A model generated the notes under the pieces. It was not told the origin of the DNA. It did no database searches and saw only the letters and a program-made list of their open reading frames with translations. From the NCBI RefSeq assembly GCF_009914755.1, contig NC_060937.1: a stretch of DNA of 64,000 bases, one strand, 5' to 3'. The translations under genes were made by a program, and so were the position numbers. This document shows, one piece after another, positions 61,074 to 64,000 of the stretch; position 1 is the stretch's first letter, and the number at the start of each line of letters is the position of its first letter. Origin of the DNA: the human T2T-CHM13v2.0 reference genome, Homo sapiens.

Positions 61074-61833
61074 TGATAGAGGCAGGAGGCAGCCAAAGGC
61101 CTGGGCAGATAAGGAAGGGACCCAGAGAATCTCTGACATGCCCCACAAGTGTTTTTTTGTTTGTTTTGTTTTGTTTTTTTGAGACAGGGTCTCTATCACC
61201 CAGGCTGGAGTGCAGTGCATGATGTCGGCTCACTGCAACCTCCGCCTACCAGGTTCAAGCAATCCTCCTGCCACAGCCTCCCCAGTAGCTGAGACAACAG
61301 GCACATGCACCGCAACCGGCTAATTTTTGTATTTTTTGATAGAGATGAGTTTTCACCATGTTGCCCAGGGTGTGGTCTCAAACTCCTGGCCTCAAGTGAT
61401 CCGCCCACCTCAGCCTCCCAAAATGCTGGGATTACAGGTGTGAACCACTGTGCCTGCCGCCCCCCCACCCCCCAGCAAGTGTTTACACCATATGTTTCCT
61501 GTAAATAAGGGAACCTGCACAGGGCGCTTGTTTGGGCATGCCCGCAGCCTACTGGAGGCCCACATGCACTGGGGGAATGGGGTGGAGCCACCAGGAATTC
61601 ACACCTTATGCAGGGGAGGAGCCTGGCCTCTTCAGCTCCTGTGTGGTAGTCATGGTATTCAATTTGTGAGGTGGAAACCTGCTTGCAAGACCCCCTCTCT
61701 TTGCTGAGAGTTTTCCTTTCGTTTAATAAATTCCACCCTCCTCACCCTTCCATGTGTCTGTGTACCTAATTCTCCCTGATCATAAAACAAGATCCTGGAT
61801 TAGCTGAGCTAAGGAGCAAAAAATCCTGCACCA
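61074..61833 (+). mobile_element. MER61-like ERV1 solo LTR containing an Alu (61152-61457, -)
   Basis: tgatagaggcaggaggcag ... aataaa (61725) ... gctgagctaaggagcaaaaaatcctgcacca; 4-bp TSD ctgt/ctga; Alu TSD caagtgttt. Confidence 0.75.
61524..61543. promoter_or_regulatory. p53 response element (19/20 match, no spacer)
   Basis: GCGCTTGTTT GGGCATGCCC versus RRRCWWGYYY RRRCWWGYYY. Confidence 0.65.
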
Positions 61834-63015
61834 CTGAGAAAGTGCACCCAAAGTGGTTGGGTTACAATTTAGTTTTATACATTTTAGGGAGAAAGAAGTT
61901 ACAGGCAAAGACATAAATCAATATATGTAAGGGTATACATTAATTTGGCCCATAATGGCAGGACATCTCAAAGTGGGGGGTTGGGGATGATGGGGGTTGG
62001 GAGAAAGGGTTCAGGGGATCTTAGAAGTCACAGGTGGATTCAAAGATTATCTAACTGGCAGTTGGTAGAATTAAGCTTTGTCTAAAGGCTTGAAGTCAGT
62101 AGAAAGAAATGCTTGAGTTAAGATAAAGCGGCTTGTGGAAGCCAATGTTTTTATTTAGATGAAGCCTCCAGGCTCTTCCTTTGGCGAGAATAAATGGTAA
62201 ATGTTTCTTTTCACACCTTAAAAGGTGTCAGACTCTAATCTCTCCTAGATCTGGGAAAGCCCTGGCTGCATTAACGGAGATTCTCTACAGATGCAAATTT
62301 CCCCCATGAAAGATGACTTTGCAGGGCCATTTCAAAATATGTCAAATAAATCTATTTTGAGGTAAAATATTTTTATTTTCTTCAGGATCTGCTATCTGTC
62401 ATGTGATGCTATACCAGAGTCAGGTTGAAATTTGGTATCTTATTGCCACAAAGAGTCTGTTCTGTCTCATGATCTCTGTTTCAATGTTAATGCTGGTCAG
62501 TTGTACCTCACCTCCAAAAGGGAGAGGGGATAACGAGGTGTTTTGGACCCCCCTTCCCATCATGGCCAGAAATTCAGTTTTTCAGCTTTCTCTGGGGTCC
62601 CATTGGCCCATAGGAGCTCCATTCAGTAGGTTGGGGAAGGTTAGGATTTTCTTTTTGGTTTATAGTTTCTTTTACAACAGGGCAAAGCAGAGTGTGTTTA
62701 TCAGAGATTTGAAGTGATTTCAAATCAGAGATTTGAAGCTGAGATTGCTCCTTGATGCCTTGAAAAACAAAATTACATATGTTGTATGATATGTGTATGT
62801 ATGTATTATTTAGTCAAGCTAAGAATTTAGTCAAATATAGTAAGTCAAACTGCCATATTGTTACTTACATACAAGAGTAGGCCTTGTGGACTTACTATTG
62901 CTTGGGGCATTTCAATGTTTATTAGCCTCTCTGTGTGTATATATGGGTATATATCAATCCGTTTTACTACCTGTCAGATACTTTGGTGAAATACTGATCC
63001 ATTCAAAAGAGGTAG

Positions 63016-63751
<736 letters not shown>

Positions 63752-63814
63752 CTAAAATATCCACTTACATTTGGTGTAGGAATAGCTATCATAGGATATG
63801 CAACCGTTCTTACT

Positions 63815-64000
63815 GTTTATTTACTTTTACTTTTTATTTTGCAAATCAAAACATCTTTAAAGTACAGGTTTTATACAAAAAAGGACTTAAATCATAAGTA
63901 TACAGTTTGATGAATTTTTACAAAGTAAAGATACTTATATAACCAATACCTAGACCATAAAGAGTATTTCCCATGCAGCAGAAACCCCTTGACTCCTCTC
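63815..64000 (-). mobile_element. L1 3' end fragment
   Basis: cataagtatacagtttgatgaatttttacaaagtaaa typical of antisense L1M 3'UTR. Confidence 0.65.

Larger units (their letters stand above)
60973..62664 (-). mobile_element. MER4-family ERV1 solo LTR, split by a nested LTR
   Basis: aactctgtaaaatattcaaagaggattattctgagccaa...agtcctg|ctgagaaagtgcacccaaagtggt...tttttggtttata match antisense MER4 ends as recalled. Confidence 0.78.

Overview
Human (primate) non-coding genomic DNA with no supportable protein-coding gene; nearly all ORFs in the track are Alu/L1/LTR translation artefacts or GC-rich chance frames. The window has two compartments. (1) Bases 1-9530 contain no recognisable transposon: two CpG-island blocks (about 1-3200 and 7980-9060) flank AT-rich unique DNA rich in SOX/homeodomain motifs, typical of the regulatory flank of a developmental transcription factor. 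(2) Bases 9530-64000 are a dense transposon graveyard: roughly 85 Alu copies/fragments by hand count (including human-specific AluYb8 and AluYa5), fragmented old L1, a complete MSTA MaLR provirus, solo LTRs, DNA transposons (MER1A/B, MER20, MER44, Tigger2, Tigger3a) and a decayed NDUFA12 processed pseudogene. From memory, that pseudogene and the island spacing suggest chr13q32.3 just downstream of ZIC2, towards PCCA (inference, not verified by alignment). I found no evidence for a new multi-gene system. The most unusual items are a rare snaR-lineage (ASR/CAS-like) Pol III retrocopy with intact promoter boxes, a 19/20 p53 response element in a triply nested LTR, a DUP-INV-DUP micro-rearrangement, and a tail-to-tail Alu fusion at a palindromic target site. 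Repeat subfamily names come from recalled consensus sequences and boundaries are approximate.
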